Part shown: positions 28,653 through 39,741 of the stretch, piece after piece
How positions within the stretch are numbered: the first letter of the stretch is position 1
Layout: each line of letters begins with the position of its first letter
Assembly: GCA_963843845.1 (NCBI GenBank)
Contig: CAWJMB010000002.1
Span: 2,080,001 to 2,144,000, forward strand
Direction: 5' to 3'
DNA length: 64,000 nucleotides
Source of the DNA: an uncultured Gemmatimonadaceae bacterium
GTDB taxonomy: Bacteria > Gemmatimonadota > Gemmatimonadetes > Gemmatimonadales > Gemmatimonadaceae
The notes under the pieces: model-generated
The model's database searches: none
The model's input: the letters and a program-made list of their open reading frames with translations, nothing else
Told to the model about the DNA's origin: nothing
Translations under genes and position numbers: made by a program

Positions 28653-29480
28653 GCGTGCCCCCGCGCGCGCCGCGGCACGCCTCCGAGCGCGCGCACGGCC
28701 TCCGCGGGATCGTGCGCGGCGGAGATGCGCGGAGCCGACGAGCACCGCGTCCGCGCCGGCAGCCGCGGCGCGCTCGACCTCGGCGACCGACGACACGCCG
28801 CTCTCGAACACTGCGATGCGGTCGGCGGGAATCAGCGGGCACGAGCCGCTCGCCCGTCGCGAGGTCGATCTCGAGCGTCTCGAGGTTGCGGTTGTTCACG
28901 CCGATCACCGCCGGCCTCGGTCGACAGCGCCTGCTCGAGCTCCGCCTCGTCGCGCACCTCGACGATCACGTCGAGCGCCAGGTCGGCGGCGAGTGCGGCG
29001 AGCGACCGGAGCTGCGTCGGCCGCAGCGCGCGCGCGATGAGCAGCACCGCCGACGCGCCCAGCGCCCGCGCCTCGACGAGCTGGATCGGCGCGACGTGGA
29101 AGTCCTTCTTCAGCAGGGGCAGCGTCGACGACGGACCGCGCCGTCGTCAGATCGATCTCGTCGCCGCCGAATCGGGTCGGCTCGGTGAGCACCGAGATGC
29201 GCGGCCGCCCCGCCGCGCTGCGTAGGCTGTCGCCTGCACGGCGACCGACAGCTCCGGGTTGATGTCGCCCTTCGACGGCGAGCGACGCTTGATCTCGGCG
29301 ATCACGGCCACGACGTCGCGGCGCAACGCGCGCGCGAACGACGGCGGGCGGCGCGGCCTTCGCGGCCTGCCGTTCGAGCGTGGGCGCGATCTCTTCGAGC
29401 CGTGCCGCACGCCGTCCCGCCTCATCCACGAGTCGGCCGAGCGGGCCCTGTGGCGGCGTCCAGTGTGGAAATCCTTGCAC
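28649..29480 (-). CDS. trpC: Indole-3-glycerol phosphate synthase; multiple frameshifts
   Basis: [54 protein letters not shown] across frames. Confidence 0.88.
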
Positions 29481-29522
29481 TTCGGCCGCTGTTCGGCTAA
29501 CGTGGATTCGGCAGATGTTCGG
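29475..29522 (+). promoter_or_regulatory. lexA promoter with two candidate LexA operators
   Basis: TTGCAC(29475)-N17-TAACGT(29498); 16-bp motif TTCGGC(C/A)G(C/A)TGTTCGG at 29481-29496 and 29507-29522. Confidence 0.65.
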
Positions 29523-29573
29523 TGAGCGACGTCATGCGCGTCGCCGAACGCGTCACTCGGTTCGAGGAATCCC

Positions 29574-30182
29574 ATGCCGCTCACCAAGCGCCAGCGCGAG
29601 ATCCTGACGTACCTCGGCAGCTACTCCGACTCGAACGGCTACGCGCCGAGCTTCGAGGAGATCGCCGACACGTTCAACTATAACTCGCTCGCGACGGTTC
29701 ACGAGCACCTGACCAATCTCGAGCGCAAAGGCTACATCAAGCGCAGCTACAACGAGAGCCGGGCGATCGAGATCCTGCCGTCGGATCACTACGCCCGCGC
29801 CGTCGAGCTGCCCCTCCTCGGCACCGTCGCCGCCGGCGTGCCGATCGAGGCGGTCGCATCGGGCGAGACGATCACGGTCCCCGAGTCGTTCCTGCGGAAG
29901 TCGGGCGAGCACTACGTCCTGCGGGTGCGCGGCAACTCGATGATCGACGCGCAGATCAGCGACGGCGACTTCGTGATCGTGAACGAGCGACGCAATGCCG
30001 ACAACGGCGAGATGGTGATCGCGATGACGAACGGCACCTCGGCGACCGTCAAGAAGTTCTACCGCGAGAAGGACGGACGGATTCGTCTCCAGCCGGCGAA
30101 CGAGACGATGGAGCCGATCTACGTCAGCGAGAACGACATCTCCATCCAGGGCGTCGTCGTCGGCGTGCTGCGGCGCTACTGA
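29574..30182 (+). CDS. lexA: SOS transcriptional repressor LexA
   Basis: LTKRQREIL, APSFEEIA, ATVHEHL..LERKGYI, VAAG cleavage site, GNSM catalytic Ser, TVKK catalytic Lys; GAGG SD. Confidence 0.96.
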   Translation: MPLTKRQREILTYLGSYSDSNGYAPSFEEIADTFNYNSLATVHEHLTNLERKGYIKRSYNESRAIEILPSDHYARAVELPLLGTVAAGVPIEAVASGETITVPESFLRKSGEHYVLRVRGNSMIDAQISDGDFVIVNERRNADNGEMVIAMTNGTSATVKKFYREKDGRIRLQPANETMEPIYVSENDISIQGVVVGVLRRY

Positions 30183-31223
30183 TAGCATCGCTCGCAGGCC
30201 GTTCAGCGCTCGGAGTCCGTCGCCGCGGTCGAGCGCGTGGAGCGCGGCATCGACCCCGGCGTCGTAGCTGTCGACGACACCGGCGATGTACAGCGCCGCG
30301 GCGACGTTCAGCGCGACGGCGGCGCGAGCGCCGCGCGCCCCGCCACCGCTGACGACCTGCGTGATCACCGCCGCGTTCTCCTCGGGGCTGCCGCCCGCGA
30401 GCTCGCGCGCGTCGATCCCGGCGAGTCCGTATCGCGACGGGTCGATCGTCCACGACGCATCGACGACGCGGCCGTGGCGCACTTCGACGACGTGCGGTCA
30501 CGCCTGAACGGCGAGATCTCGTCCAGCCCCGGCTCGCCGTGGACGACGAGCGCGTGCGAGCTGCCGAGCGCCGCGAGCGCCCCGGCGATGAGTCGGCACG
30601 CGCGCCGGATCGGCGACGCCGACCACCTGGCGCCCGGCGGACGCAGGGTTCGCGAGCGGCCCGACGACGTTCATCACCGTCGGGATGCCGAGCTCTCGGC
30701 GCACCGGGCCGACATGCCGCATCGCGGGGTGCATCGCGGGCGCGATACATGAACACGATGGCCGACCTCGGCGAGCGAGCGTTGCAGCACGGCGATCGGC
30801 TGCTCGATCGGCACGCCCAACGCTTCGAGCACGTCGGCGCTTCCCGATCGCGACGTGAACGAGCGATTGCCGTGCTTCGCGACGCGCGCACCGGCGCCCG
30901 CGGCGACGAGAGCGGCGGCCGTCGAGATGTTGAACGTCGGCACGGCGCCGCCGCCCGTGCCGCACGTGTCGACGAGTCGATCCGGGTCGTCCGACGGAAG
31001 CGGGACCATCGCCGCGCGCAGCGACCGCGCGACGGCGGCGATGACGTCGGCGCTCTCCCCGCGCACGCGCAACCCCACGAGCAGGGCGGCTGATCTGCGC
31101 CGGCGTCGCGTCGCCGCGCATCACGACGTCGAATGCCGCGGTGACCGCGGCGCCATCGAACGGCGCACCGACGGCGAGGGCGCGGATCGCCTCACGCAGC
31201 GGGCTCGCGCTGTCGGTGCTCAT
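30176..31223 (-). CDS. trpD: Anthranilate phosphoribosyltransferase; multiple frameshifts, 3' end approximate
   Basis: [67 protein letters not shown]. Confidence 0.9.
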
Positions 31224-31227
31224 CCCC

Positions 31228-32556
31228 TCAGGCGACCGCGATGACGTCGAGCAGGCGCTCGGGCAGTTGCGCGTGCGTCGCGACGAGCGCGATGACGAGC
31301 GCGAGCAGCCGCACGCGCTCGACGTCTTCTTCCGTGTAGGCCGTCGGCCCGGCGCGGTTCGTCAGGTTCACGACGCCCACCAGCTCGTCGTGATAGACGA
31401 GCGGAAAGCTGATGAAGCTCCCCGACGTGAAGTACTGATCGTGCAGCAGCGGGTGCGTGCTCGCGTCGGCGCACGTCGCGCACGAGCAGCGGCTCGCGAC
31501 TCTGCGCGACGCGTCCGGCGACTCCCTCGCCCAGCGCGACGCGCACGCCGTCCGCGATGTGCGGCGCGAGCCCGCGCGCGGCGGCGAGGTACAGCGTCGC
31601 CGGGCTCCGGCGCGCGCAGCATGAGCGAACAGCGCTGCGCCTGCATGTCGTCGCCGACCAGCGCGAGCAGCCCGTCGACGAGCTGTCGCGGCTCGTGCGC
31701 CGACCGCATCGAGTGAGAGGACCCGGTCGAGCAGGTAGCAGCGTCCGCTCGGTCTGGCGCAGCGCCTCGCTGCGACGGTGCAGATCGAGCTGCGCCTGCT
31801 CGCTCTGCGCGGTCGAGCGACGCGAGCTGCTGACTCGAGCCGGTCCGCTCGTCGCTCGGCCCGCCGAACGAGCTCGCGCTGTTGCGTCGCCGCTCGTTCG
31901 GCGGCCACGGGCGTCGCCGACTCGGCGGCGTCGCCGGGCGCGCCGCCGGACCGCGTCGTCGCCTGCGTCGTGCTCGAGCTCCGCGAGGCGTGCGCACGTA
32001 CTCGCCGTGCACGCGCTGCGTCACGTCCTCGAGCGTGCGCGACCGCCTCCTCGCGCGCCTCGCGCTCCCACAGTCGCGCGAAGCCGAGCTCGAACAGCGC
32101 GACCGCGGGCGCGAAGCCGCTCGACGACGCGCGTGCCGAAGATCTTGCGCGGCTCGGCGAGCGCGAGCACCGCAGGCAGCGCGCCGTCGATCCGGAGCCC
32201 GCGCAGCGAGAGCACGCCGTCGCTCGGCGACCGGCATGCCGATGAGCGCCGCGATCTCACCCGACCGGTCGCCGAGCTCGACGAAGCGGCCGCCCGACGC
32301 GATCGCGGCGCGCAGGGCTCCGGGAAGGTGTTCGAGGCTCGCGTCGAGCGCCTCTCGCACCACGCCCGACCCGTCGGACGCCGCGAACGTGATCCGCTCG
32401 CGCAGCATCCCGCGGCGCTCGTCGTAGCGTGAGCAGCGCGAGCGTCGCGCCGCGGTCGAGGTCCGCGAGCGCCTCGGCGAGCGCCGCGAGCGCCGCGTCG
32501 ACCTCCGGCGCGGCGCCGAGGGCGTGCGCGAGCGAGGCGAGCGTGCGGGGCGGCAT
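31228..32556 (-). CDS. GAF-domain protein (GAF-like N-terminus, coiled coil, C-terminal GAF; no output domain); heavily frameshifted
   Basis: [51 protein letters not shown]; pieced together across frames. Confidence 0.75.
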
Positions 32557-32564
32557 GGCGGCGT

Positions 32565-32611
32565 AATGTGGACGCGGTCGGAGAGACGGTCAATCACGTC
32601 GTCGTTAAGAT
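32565..32611. promoter_or_regulatory. Divergent promoters for the GAF gene and truA (both near-leaderless)
   Basis: Minus strand: TTGACC-N17-CACATT-N8-ATG(32556). Plus strand: TAAGAT(32606)-N6-GTG(32618). Confidence 0.5.
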
Positions 32612-32617
32612 CCGCGC

Positions 32618-33449
32618 GTGACGAGCGACGAGATGGGCCACGAGCTGCCCACGCGGACGGGAGCGGAGCGAACGCTGAAGCTCGTGCTGCACTACGACGG
32701 CGCCGCGTTCGCCGGATGGCAGCGCCAGCTCGCCGCGCGCACCGTGCAGGGAACGCTCGAGGCGGCCCTCGCGCGCCTCTGCAGGACGGAGGTGCCCGTC
32801 ACCGGTGCCGGCCGGACCGACGCCGGCGTGCACGCGCGTGGCCAGGCGGCCGGCGTCCGCGTCGCCCCGCGATGGACCCCCGACGCGCTGCGCCGCGCCC
32901 TGAACGCCGTGCTGCCAGGGGACGTGTGGGTGCAGCGCGTCGACGAGATGGTCGCCGGCTTCCATGCCCGGTACGACGCGACGGCGCGCGCCTACGGCTA
33001 TCACGTCGGGCTCGACGACGAGGCGGCGTCGCCATTTCGGCGCGGCCACGAGCTCGCCATGCGTCGCCCCCTGGATCGCGGGTTGCTCGACGCGGCCGCG
33101 GAGCTCGTCGTCGGCGACCCATTCGTTTCGCGCCTTCGCCGTCCGCGGCACGGCGCCCGAGCGCGACGACCACCGCTGCACGATCGTGCGGTCCGCGTGG
33201 GTCGACCGTCCCGGCGGCGTCGTCTTTCGCGTCGAGGCGAACCGCTTTCTCCACCACATGGTGCGCTTTCTCGTCGGCACAATGCTCGACGTCGCAGCCG
33301 GGCGGCGCCCGCTCGGCGACATCGCGCGTCTGCTCGCCGCGCCGGACAACCGCGACGTCTCGGCTCCGGCCCCACCGCACGCGCTCTTCCTCGAACATGT
33401 GCGCTACCCGTCGAGCACGTATCTGCATCGCGCGAGCGGCGACGGGTAG
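32618..33449 (+). CDS. truA: tRNA pseudouridine(38-40) synthase TruA; one frameshift near 33120
   Basis: YDGAAFAGWQRQ, TVQG, AGRTDAGVHARGQ, FHARYDA, ANRFLHHMVR, APPHALFL. Confidence 0.94.
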
Positions 33450-33578
33450 TCGGCCGCTCGCGGCGTCCTCGCCGCTTGCTCGCCCCCCCCGCGTTCGACG
33501 ACCTTTCCAGCCGCGCACGCGCCGTCGGGCCGCAGACGCGCGCAGCGCCGCACCGTCGTACATCAGCCGCCTAACGTC

Positions 33579-34247
33579 ATGAGAATCCTGCTCGCCTCCG
33601 CGTCGCTCGACGACATCCGATGGGCCGCGGACCACGGGCTTGCCGAGGGGATCGTCACGACCCCGGCCCTGCTCGCTCACGAGCGTCCGGGCGCCGACCC
33701 GCGGGAGCTGTTGATCGAGATCACGCGCGCGGTGGCGTTCCCCGTGCACGCGAGCGTCGCCTCGGTGGACCCCGCCGACATGCACCGCGACGGGCGCGAG
33801 CTCGCCAAGCTCTCCGACACGCTCGTCGTGGACATACCGCTCGTCGACGACGCCGTCGTCGCGATCCGGCGCCTCACGGCGGAAGGCGTGCGCGTCTCGT
33901 CGACGCTCGCGTTCAACGCGCCGCAGGCGCTGCTCGCGGCGAAGGCTGGCTCGATCGCCGTGACCATTCCGATCGATCAGCTCGAGGCGCTGGGCCAGCA
34001 GGGCGTTCCTGTCGTCGACGAGACGCGGCGTCTGTTCGACCGGGCGCACGCCGAGTGCGACCTCGTCGCCGCGTACCCCGGCAGCGCCGCCGTCTTCACC
34101 TCGTGCGCGCTTGCCGGCGCCGACGCGATGACGGTGGACGTCACGATGCTCCGCCAACTGCTCGTCCACCCGCTCACCGACCGCGGCGTCGACCGCTTCC
34201 TCAAGGATTTGGCGTCGCGCCCGAAGCCGCGTATCACGCCGGTATGA
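33579..34247 (+). CDS. Transaldolase/FSA-family protein lacking catalytic residues (pseudoenzyme)
   Basis: Colinear with short TalC/FSA (TLAFNAPQALLAAKAG, AGADAMT, HPLTDRGVDRFLKD) but VVDIP replaces VVKIP. Confidence 0.85.
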   Translation: MRILLASASLDDIRWAADHGLAEGIVTTPALLAHERPGADPRELLIEITRAVAFPVHASVASVDPADMHRDGRELAKLSDTLVVDIPLVDDAVVAIRRLTAEGVRVSSTLAFNAPQALLAAKAGSIAVTIPIDQLEALGQQGVPVVDETRRLFDRAHAECDLVAAYPGSAAVFTSCALAGADAMTVDVTMLRQLLVHPLTDRGVDRFLKDLASRPKPRITPV

Positions 34248-35698
34248 CACGCCCGCCGCGGCGGGCCGCCGCACCGTTCACGTTCGTCGCCGTGCTCACC
34301 GCGGTCGCCTGCGAAGGGGCCGCGCGCGACTCCGCGGCGCTCGCGCAACCTGCCGCGCAGCCGCCGGCCGCGACGCAGCGGCTCCCCGAGCCGCAGAACG
34401 TGACGAGCGTGCCGGCGAGCCGGCGCAACGCGATCGTGACCGCGGTCGAACGGGTCGCGCCGGCCGTCATCACCGTACAGACCGAGACCGTCGAGCGAGC
34501 GCCCGTCGACCCGTTCGACTTGTTCTTCGGCCGCGGCGGCGGCGGAGAGCAGCGGCGGCCCGGACTCGGCTCCGGCTTCATCGTGCGCGAGGACGGCGTC
34601 GTCGTCACGAACGCGCACGTCGTCGCCGGCGCCACGCGCGTCAACGTGAAGATGCGCGACGGCAAGGCGTACGCGGCGCGCGTCGTGGGCGCCGACGAGA
34701 CCAACGACCTCGCGGTGCTGAAGATCGACGGCCGCGGCTTCCCCGTCGCGCCGTTAGGCAGCTCCGACAACTTGCTCGTCGGCGAGTGGGCGATCGCGAT
34801 CGGGAACCCGTTCGGATTCGTCATCGGCAACAGCGAGCCCACGGTGACTGCCGGGGTCATCAGCGCGACGGGGCGGAACCTCGTCGGCGCGGCCGAGGGC
34901 GGCGGCGTCTACGTCGACATGATCCAGACCGACGCCGCGATCAATCCCGGCAACTCCGGCGGCCCGCTCGTGAACGCCGACGGCGACGTGATCGGCGTCA
35001 ACAGCTCGATCTACTCGCCGAGCGGCGGGTCGGTCGGACTCGGATTCGCGATCCCCATCAACCGGGCGCGTCGCGTCGCCGAGGACCTCCTCGCGCACGG
35101 CACGGTGCGGCGTCCGTGGGTCGGCGTATCGCTCCGCCCGCCGCAAGCGGCGCAGAGCTCGCTCGACATCGTCGCCACGCAGGCCGTCGTGCGGGCGGTG
35201 ACGCCGGGCTCGCCGGCGGCGCGCGCGGGCGTTGCGACCGGCGACGTGCTGCTCCGCGCCGGTGCGCGCCCCGTCCGCAACCCGTTCGACTGGGAGGCCG
35301 CGCTGCTCGACCTTCGCGTCGGGCAGGACGTCCCGATCGTCGTGCGGCGCGGCGGGCGCGACGTCACGCTCACCGTGCGGGTCGGCGATCTCCCGGAGGT
35401 CAGCGCGCCGAAGGTCACCGTACTCCGCGAGTTGCAGCTCGTGACGCTCACCCCGGCGATCCGCGCCGAACGCAGCGTCCGCTCGGCGGCCGGCGCGCTG
35501 GTCTACCAGGCGAGCGCGCGCGTCACCAGCGAGCTCGGACTCGAGGCCGGCGACGTCATCGTGCAGGTCGGTCGGACGCCGGTCACGTCGGCCGACGAAG
35601 TCGCGCGCGCCGTCGATCTCTACTCGGGGCGCGGCCCGGTGCGCCTCTACTTCGAGCGCGGCGGCCAGCTCGCGTTCACCGATTTCCTCATTCGCTGA
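34244..35698 (+). CDS. HtrA/DegP-like serine protease with two PDZ domains, probable lipoprotein
   Basis: GSGFIV, TNAHVV, DLAVLK, QTDAAINPGNSGGPL; AVAC lipobox-like motif; ATGA overlap with the upstream gene. Confidence 0.92.
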   Translation: MTRPPRRAAAPFTFVAVLTAVACEGAARDSAALAQPAAQPPAATQRLPEPQNVTSVPASRRNAIVTAVERVAPAVITVQTETVERAPVDPFDLFFGRGGGGEQRRPGLGSGFIVREDGVVVTNAHVVAGATRVNVKMRDGKAYAARVVGADETNDLAVLKIDGRGFPVAPLGSSDNLLVGEWAIAIGNPFGFVIGNSEPTVTAGVISATGRNLVGAAEGGGVYVDMIQTDAAINPGNSGGPLVNADGDVIGVNSSIYSPSGGSVGLGFAIPINRARRVAEDLLAHGTVRRPWVGVSLRPPQAAQSSLDIVATQAVVRAVTPGSPAARAGVATGDVLLRAGARPVRNPFDWEAALLDLRVGQDVPIVVRRGGRDVTLTVRVGDLPEVSAPKVTVLRELQLVTLTPAIRAERSVRSAAGALVYQASARVTSELGLEAGDVIVQVGRTPVTSADEVARAVDLYSGRGPVRLYFERGGQLAFTDFLIR

Positions 35699-35701
35699 CG
35701 C

Positions 35702-37159
35702 GTGCCTGCCTCGACCGACCGAAATTCCACGTACACCTCTCCGCTCGCCGCGCGGTACGCCTCGCGCGCGATGCTCGAGCTCTGGTCGCCACGCGTTCGG
35801 CACGGGCTCTGGCGGGAGCTGTGGCTCGCGCTGGCCGAGTCGCAGCGAGACCTGGGCGTCGCCATCCCGGACGCCGCGCTCGCCGAGATGCGCGCGCACG
35901 TGCACGACGTCGACTTCGACGCGGCCGCAGCGTACGAGCTCCGCTTCCGGCACGATGTCATGGCGCACGTCCACGCGTTCGGCGACGTCGCTCCCACGGC
36001 CCGCCCGTTCATTCACCTCGGCGCGACGAGCGCGTACGTCACGGACAACGGCGATCTGGTCCAGATGCGGCGCGGGCTCGAGCTGCTTCGCGACAAGGTC
36101 GTCGCCGCGCTCCGCGCGTTCGCCGCGTTCGCGCGCGAGTGGCGCGCACTCCCGACCCTCGGCTACACGCACATCCAGCCTGCGCAGCTCACGACGGTGG
36201 GGAAGCGCGCGACACTCTGGATGCAGGACCTGCTGCTCGACCTCGCCGACGTCGAGCATCGCATCGCGACGCTGCCCTTCCGCGGTGTGAAAGGAACGAC
36301 GGGAACGCAGGCCTCCTTCCTCACCTTGTTCGACGGCGACCACGAGAAAGTGCGTGCGCTCGACCGCATGGTCACCGAGAAGATGGGGTTCGCGACCGCG
36401 CTCGCCGTCACCGGTCAGACGTACACGCGAAAGCTCGACGCACAGGTACTGAGTGTGGTGAGCGGCATCGCCACCTCGGCCGCGAAGTTCGCGTCCGACA
36501 TGCGGCTGCTGCAGGCATTCGGTGAGATCGAGGAACCGTTCGAGAAGGAGCAGATCGGGTCCTCGGCGATGGCCTACAAGCGCAATCCGATGCGCGCCGA
36601 GCGGATCAACGCACTCGCCCGCTTCGTGCAGACGCTCGAGCCGAACGCGAACCAGACGCACGCGGTGCAGTACTTCGAGCGCACGCTGGACGACTCGGCC
36701 AACCGGCGCCTCGCGATCCCGGAGTCGTTCCTCGCCACCGACGCGATCCTCGTGCTGCTGACCAACGTGGCGAGCGGGCTCGAAGTCCATCCGGCCCGCA
36801 TCCGCCGGCGCGTGGACGACGAGCTCCCGTTCATGGCGACGGAGGAGATCATCGTCGGCGCCGTGCGCGGCGGCGGCGACCGGCAGGAGATCCACGAGCT
36901 CATCCGCGGGCACAGCGTCGCCGCGTCGCGTGCCGTCAAAGACGGTGCGCCGCGGAACGACATGCTCGATCGGCTGGCCGCCGATCCCGCGTTCCAGGCG
37001 CTGGGGGTCTCGCTCGACTCGCTCACCAGCGCGCTCGAGCCGTCGCGCTTCGTCGGCCGCGCCCCCGAGCAGGTGGACGATTTCCTCTCCGAGCAGCTCG
37101 AGCCCGCGCTCGCTCGCTACGCGCGAGCGGACGCGCGGCTGGAGGACGTTCGCGTATGA
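35702..37159 (+). CDS. purB: Adenylosuccinate lyase
   Basis: [34 protein letters not shown]. Confidence 0.95.
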   Translation: MPASTDRNSTYTSPLAARYASRAMLELWSPRVRHGLWRELWLALAESQRDLGVAIPDAALAEMRAHVHDVDFDAAAAYELRFRHDVMAHVHAFGDVAPTARPFIHLGATSAYVTDNGDLVQMRRGLELLRDKVVAALRAFAAFAREWRALPTLGYTHIQPAQLTTVGKRATLWMQDLLLDLADVEHRIATLPFRGVKGTTGTQASFLTLFDGDHEKVRALDRMVTEKMGFATALAVTGQTYTRKLDAQVLSVVSGIATSAAKFASDMRLLQAFGEIEEPFEKEQIGSSAMAYKRNPMRAERINALARFVQTLEPNANQTHAVQYFERTLDDSANRRLAIPESFLATDAILVLLTNVASGLEVHPARIRRRVDDELPFMATEEIIVGAVRGGGDRQEIHELIRGHSVAASRAVKDGAPRNDMLDRLAADPAFQALGVSLDSLTSALEPSRFVGRAPEQVDDFLSEQLEPALARYARADARLEDVRV

Positions 37160-38080
37160 CGCCTGACCCGATCTCGACGACGGCGCTGCCATTGCCGCTC
37201 GTTCGCCGTGGCAAGGTTCGCGATGTCTACGCCGTAGACGACGACCGCCTGCTCGTCGTCGCGAGCGACCGCGTCAGCGCCTTCGACGTCGTCATGGCCG
37301 AGCCGGTGCCGATGAAGGGCGCGGTGCTCACGCAACTCACCGCGTGGTGGCTCCGTCGGCTCGAGCGCGACGTCGAACACCACATGCTCAGCGCCTCGGC
37401 CGACGAGATCGTCGCCGAGCTGCCGACGCTCGCGCCGCACCGCGACGTGCTGCGCGGACGCGCGATGCTGTGTGCACGCGCCGACGTGTTCCCGGTCGAG
37501 TGCGTCGTTCGCGGCTACCTCTCGGGGTCGGCGTGGAAGGAGTACTCGAGCGCGCGGCACCCTCGCCGGCGAACCGCTGGCGGCGGGCCTGCGCGAGAGT
37601 GACCGGCTCGACCCGCCGATCTTCAGCCCGGCCACGAAGGCCGAGGCCGGGCACGACGAGAACATCACGGTCGGCGCAGATGGCCGCGACGCTCGGCGCC
37701 GATACGACGCGCGAGCTCGAGCGACTCGCGCGACTGGTCTACGAGCGCGGCCGCGCGCTCGCCGCGCCGCGCGGCATCATCATCGCCGACACGAAGTTCG
37801 AGTTCGGCGCGCGCGGCGGACGCGTCATCCTCATCGACGAGGTGCTCACGCCGGACAGCTCGCGCTTCTGGCCCGCGGACGCCTACGCGCCGGGGGGCAC
37901 GCAGCCGAGCTTCGACAAGCAGCCGCTGCGCGACTGGCTCGACGTCGAGCGGCGCGCCGGACGCTGGAACGGCGACGCGCCGCCGCCGCGCGTTGCCGGC
38001 GGAGGTCGTCGCTGCGACGAGCGCCCGCTATCTTGAAGCGTACCGACGCATCACCGGTACGCGAGCTCACGCTTACCTGA
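37156..38080 (+). CDS. purC: SAICAR synthase; about 3 frameshifts
   Basis: [61 protein letters not shown]. Confidence 0.93.
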
Positions 38081-38099
38081 TTCTCCCGCACGCGTCGAA

Positions 38100-38748
38100 G
38101 TGAGATTCGCCAGAGAAGGGCTGCCGTTCTTCATCGGTAGCATCCTCATCGCCATCGCGATCGTCGCGCTCGGCGCCGCCCTCGGCGGAGCGTGGCCGTT
38201 CGGTGCGCGCTTCCGTGGCTCGCGATCATCGCGTGGGTCTTCTATTTCTTTCGCGACCCGGAGCGGAGCGGCGACCGCGGCTCGCATCTCGTCGTCGCGC
38301 CCGCCGACGGCAAGGTCGTGCTCATCACGGAAGTCGACGAGCCGACGTTCCTCGGGGGTCGCGCGACGCGCGTCTCCATCTTCATGAACGTCTTCAGCGT
38401 GCACGTGAACCGGTACCCGGTCAGCGGGACCGTTCGCACGTGAAGTACTCCGCGGGCAAGTTCCTGAACGCCGTGAGCGTGGCGTCGAGCGACGAGAACG
38501 AGCAGACGTCGGTCGGCATCGAGAGCGGGCAGTACCGCGTGCTCATGCGGCAGATCGCCGGGCTCATCGCGCGCCGCATCGTGACCTATAGCCGCGAGGG
38601 CGACCAGGTCACGCAGGGCGATCGGATGGGGCTCATCCGCTTCGGCTCGCGTGTCGACGTGTTCGTCCCGATCGGCTCGACGCTGCGCACGAGGCTCGGC
38701 GAGCTGACGAGCGCCGGACAGACCGTGATCGCCGAGCTGCCGCGATGA
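38100..38748 (+). CDS. psd: Phosphatidylserine decarboxylase proenzyme; 2 frameshifts
   Basis: FFRDPER, APADGKV, SIFMNVFSVHVNRYP, QIAGLIARRI, IRFGSRVD self-cleavage motif. Confidence 0.9.
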
Positions 38749-38764
38749 CGACGCGTCGCGCCTG

Positions 38765-39712
38765 ATGCGCCCTCGTCTGCGGCGCCCGACGCTCCGCCGA
38801 CCGACGCCCGGCCCGTGGCTGCCCAACGGGTTCACGCTCGCGAATCTCGGCTTCGGCGTCTACGCCATCCTCAGCGCGTCGCACGGACACTTCGATACGG
38901 CGGTGCGCTGCATCGTGTTCGGCGGCGTCTGCGACCTGTTCGACGGCGCGGTCGCTCGCGCGACGCGTACCGGATCCGAGCTCGGCGAACAGCTCGACTC
39001 GCTCGTCGACGCGATCTCGTTCGGACTCGCGCCGGCGGCCATCGTCTACTTCCTGCTGCTGCAGAACGAGCGGTTCGGGTGGGCGCCGGTCTTCTTCTAC
39101 GTCGCGAGCGCGGTGTTCCGCCTCGCGCGCTTCAACGTGACGCAGGCCGGCGCCAAGAAGACACATTTCATCGGACTGCCGAGCCCCGCCTCGGGCGGCA
39201 CGCTCGCGACGTACTACTGGTTCACCCAGACGCCGCTGTACCAGGAGACGCGCATCGTCGACTTCCCGTGGGAGGAGATCATGGTCGCGCTCATGCTCCT
39301 CCTCGCGGCGATGATGAGCAGTCAGGTCCCCTACCCCGCGTGGCCGAAGATCGGGCTGCGGACGTGGCGCGCGGCGGCCGGACTGCTGCTCGTGATCGGT
39401 ATCGTCTCCGCCAGCATCCTGTTCACGAAGTACTTCTTCTTCCTGTTCGGCGTCGGCTACGTCGGCTACGGACTGCTGCGCGCCCTGGTGCTCGGCTTCG
39501 TCGACATCCCCCAGACCGACACGCCGCTGCGCCGCTCCACCGACTATGTGGACCCGATCGAATCGTACGGCATGACGGACGACGATGGCGAGGCGGAGCG
39601 GGATGCGCTCGGGACCGAGATGGCGGACGGCGATGACGTTCGGTACTCCGGACAGAGCCGCCGCAGGCGCCGCCGCCGCGGACGCAACCGCCCCGACGGG
39701 ACGTTCGAATGA
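38765..39712 (+). CDS. pssA: CDP-diacylglycerol--serine O-phosphatidyltransferase
   Basis: PNGFTLAN, DLFDGAVAR...GEQLDSLVDAISFGLAP, RLARFN, FIGLPSP; follows psd. Confidence 0.9.
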   Translation: MRPRLRRPTLRRPTPGPWLPNGFTLANLGFGVYAILSASHGHFDTAVRCIVFGGVCDLFDGAVARATRTGSELGEQLDSLVDAISFGLAPAAIVYFLLLQNERFGWAPVFFYVASAVFRLARFNVTQAGAKKTHFIGLPSPASGGTLATYYWFTQTPLYQETRIVDFPWEEIMVALMLLLAAMMSSQVPYPAWPKIGLRTWRAAAGLLLVIGIVSASILFTKYFFFLFGVGYVGYGLLRALVLGFVDIPQTDTPLRRSTDYVDPIESYGMTDDDGEAERDALGTEMADGDDVRYSGQSRRRRRRRGRNRPDGTFE

Positions 39713-39741
39713 CCGCACCTCACACTTTCGATTCGCCACGC

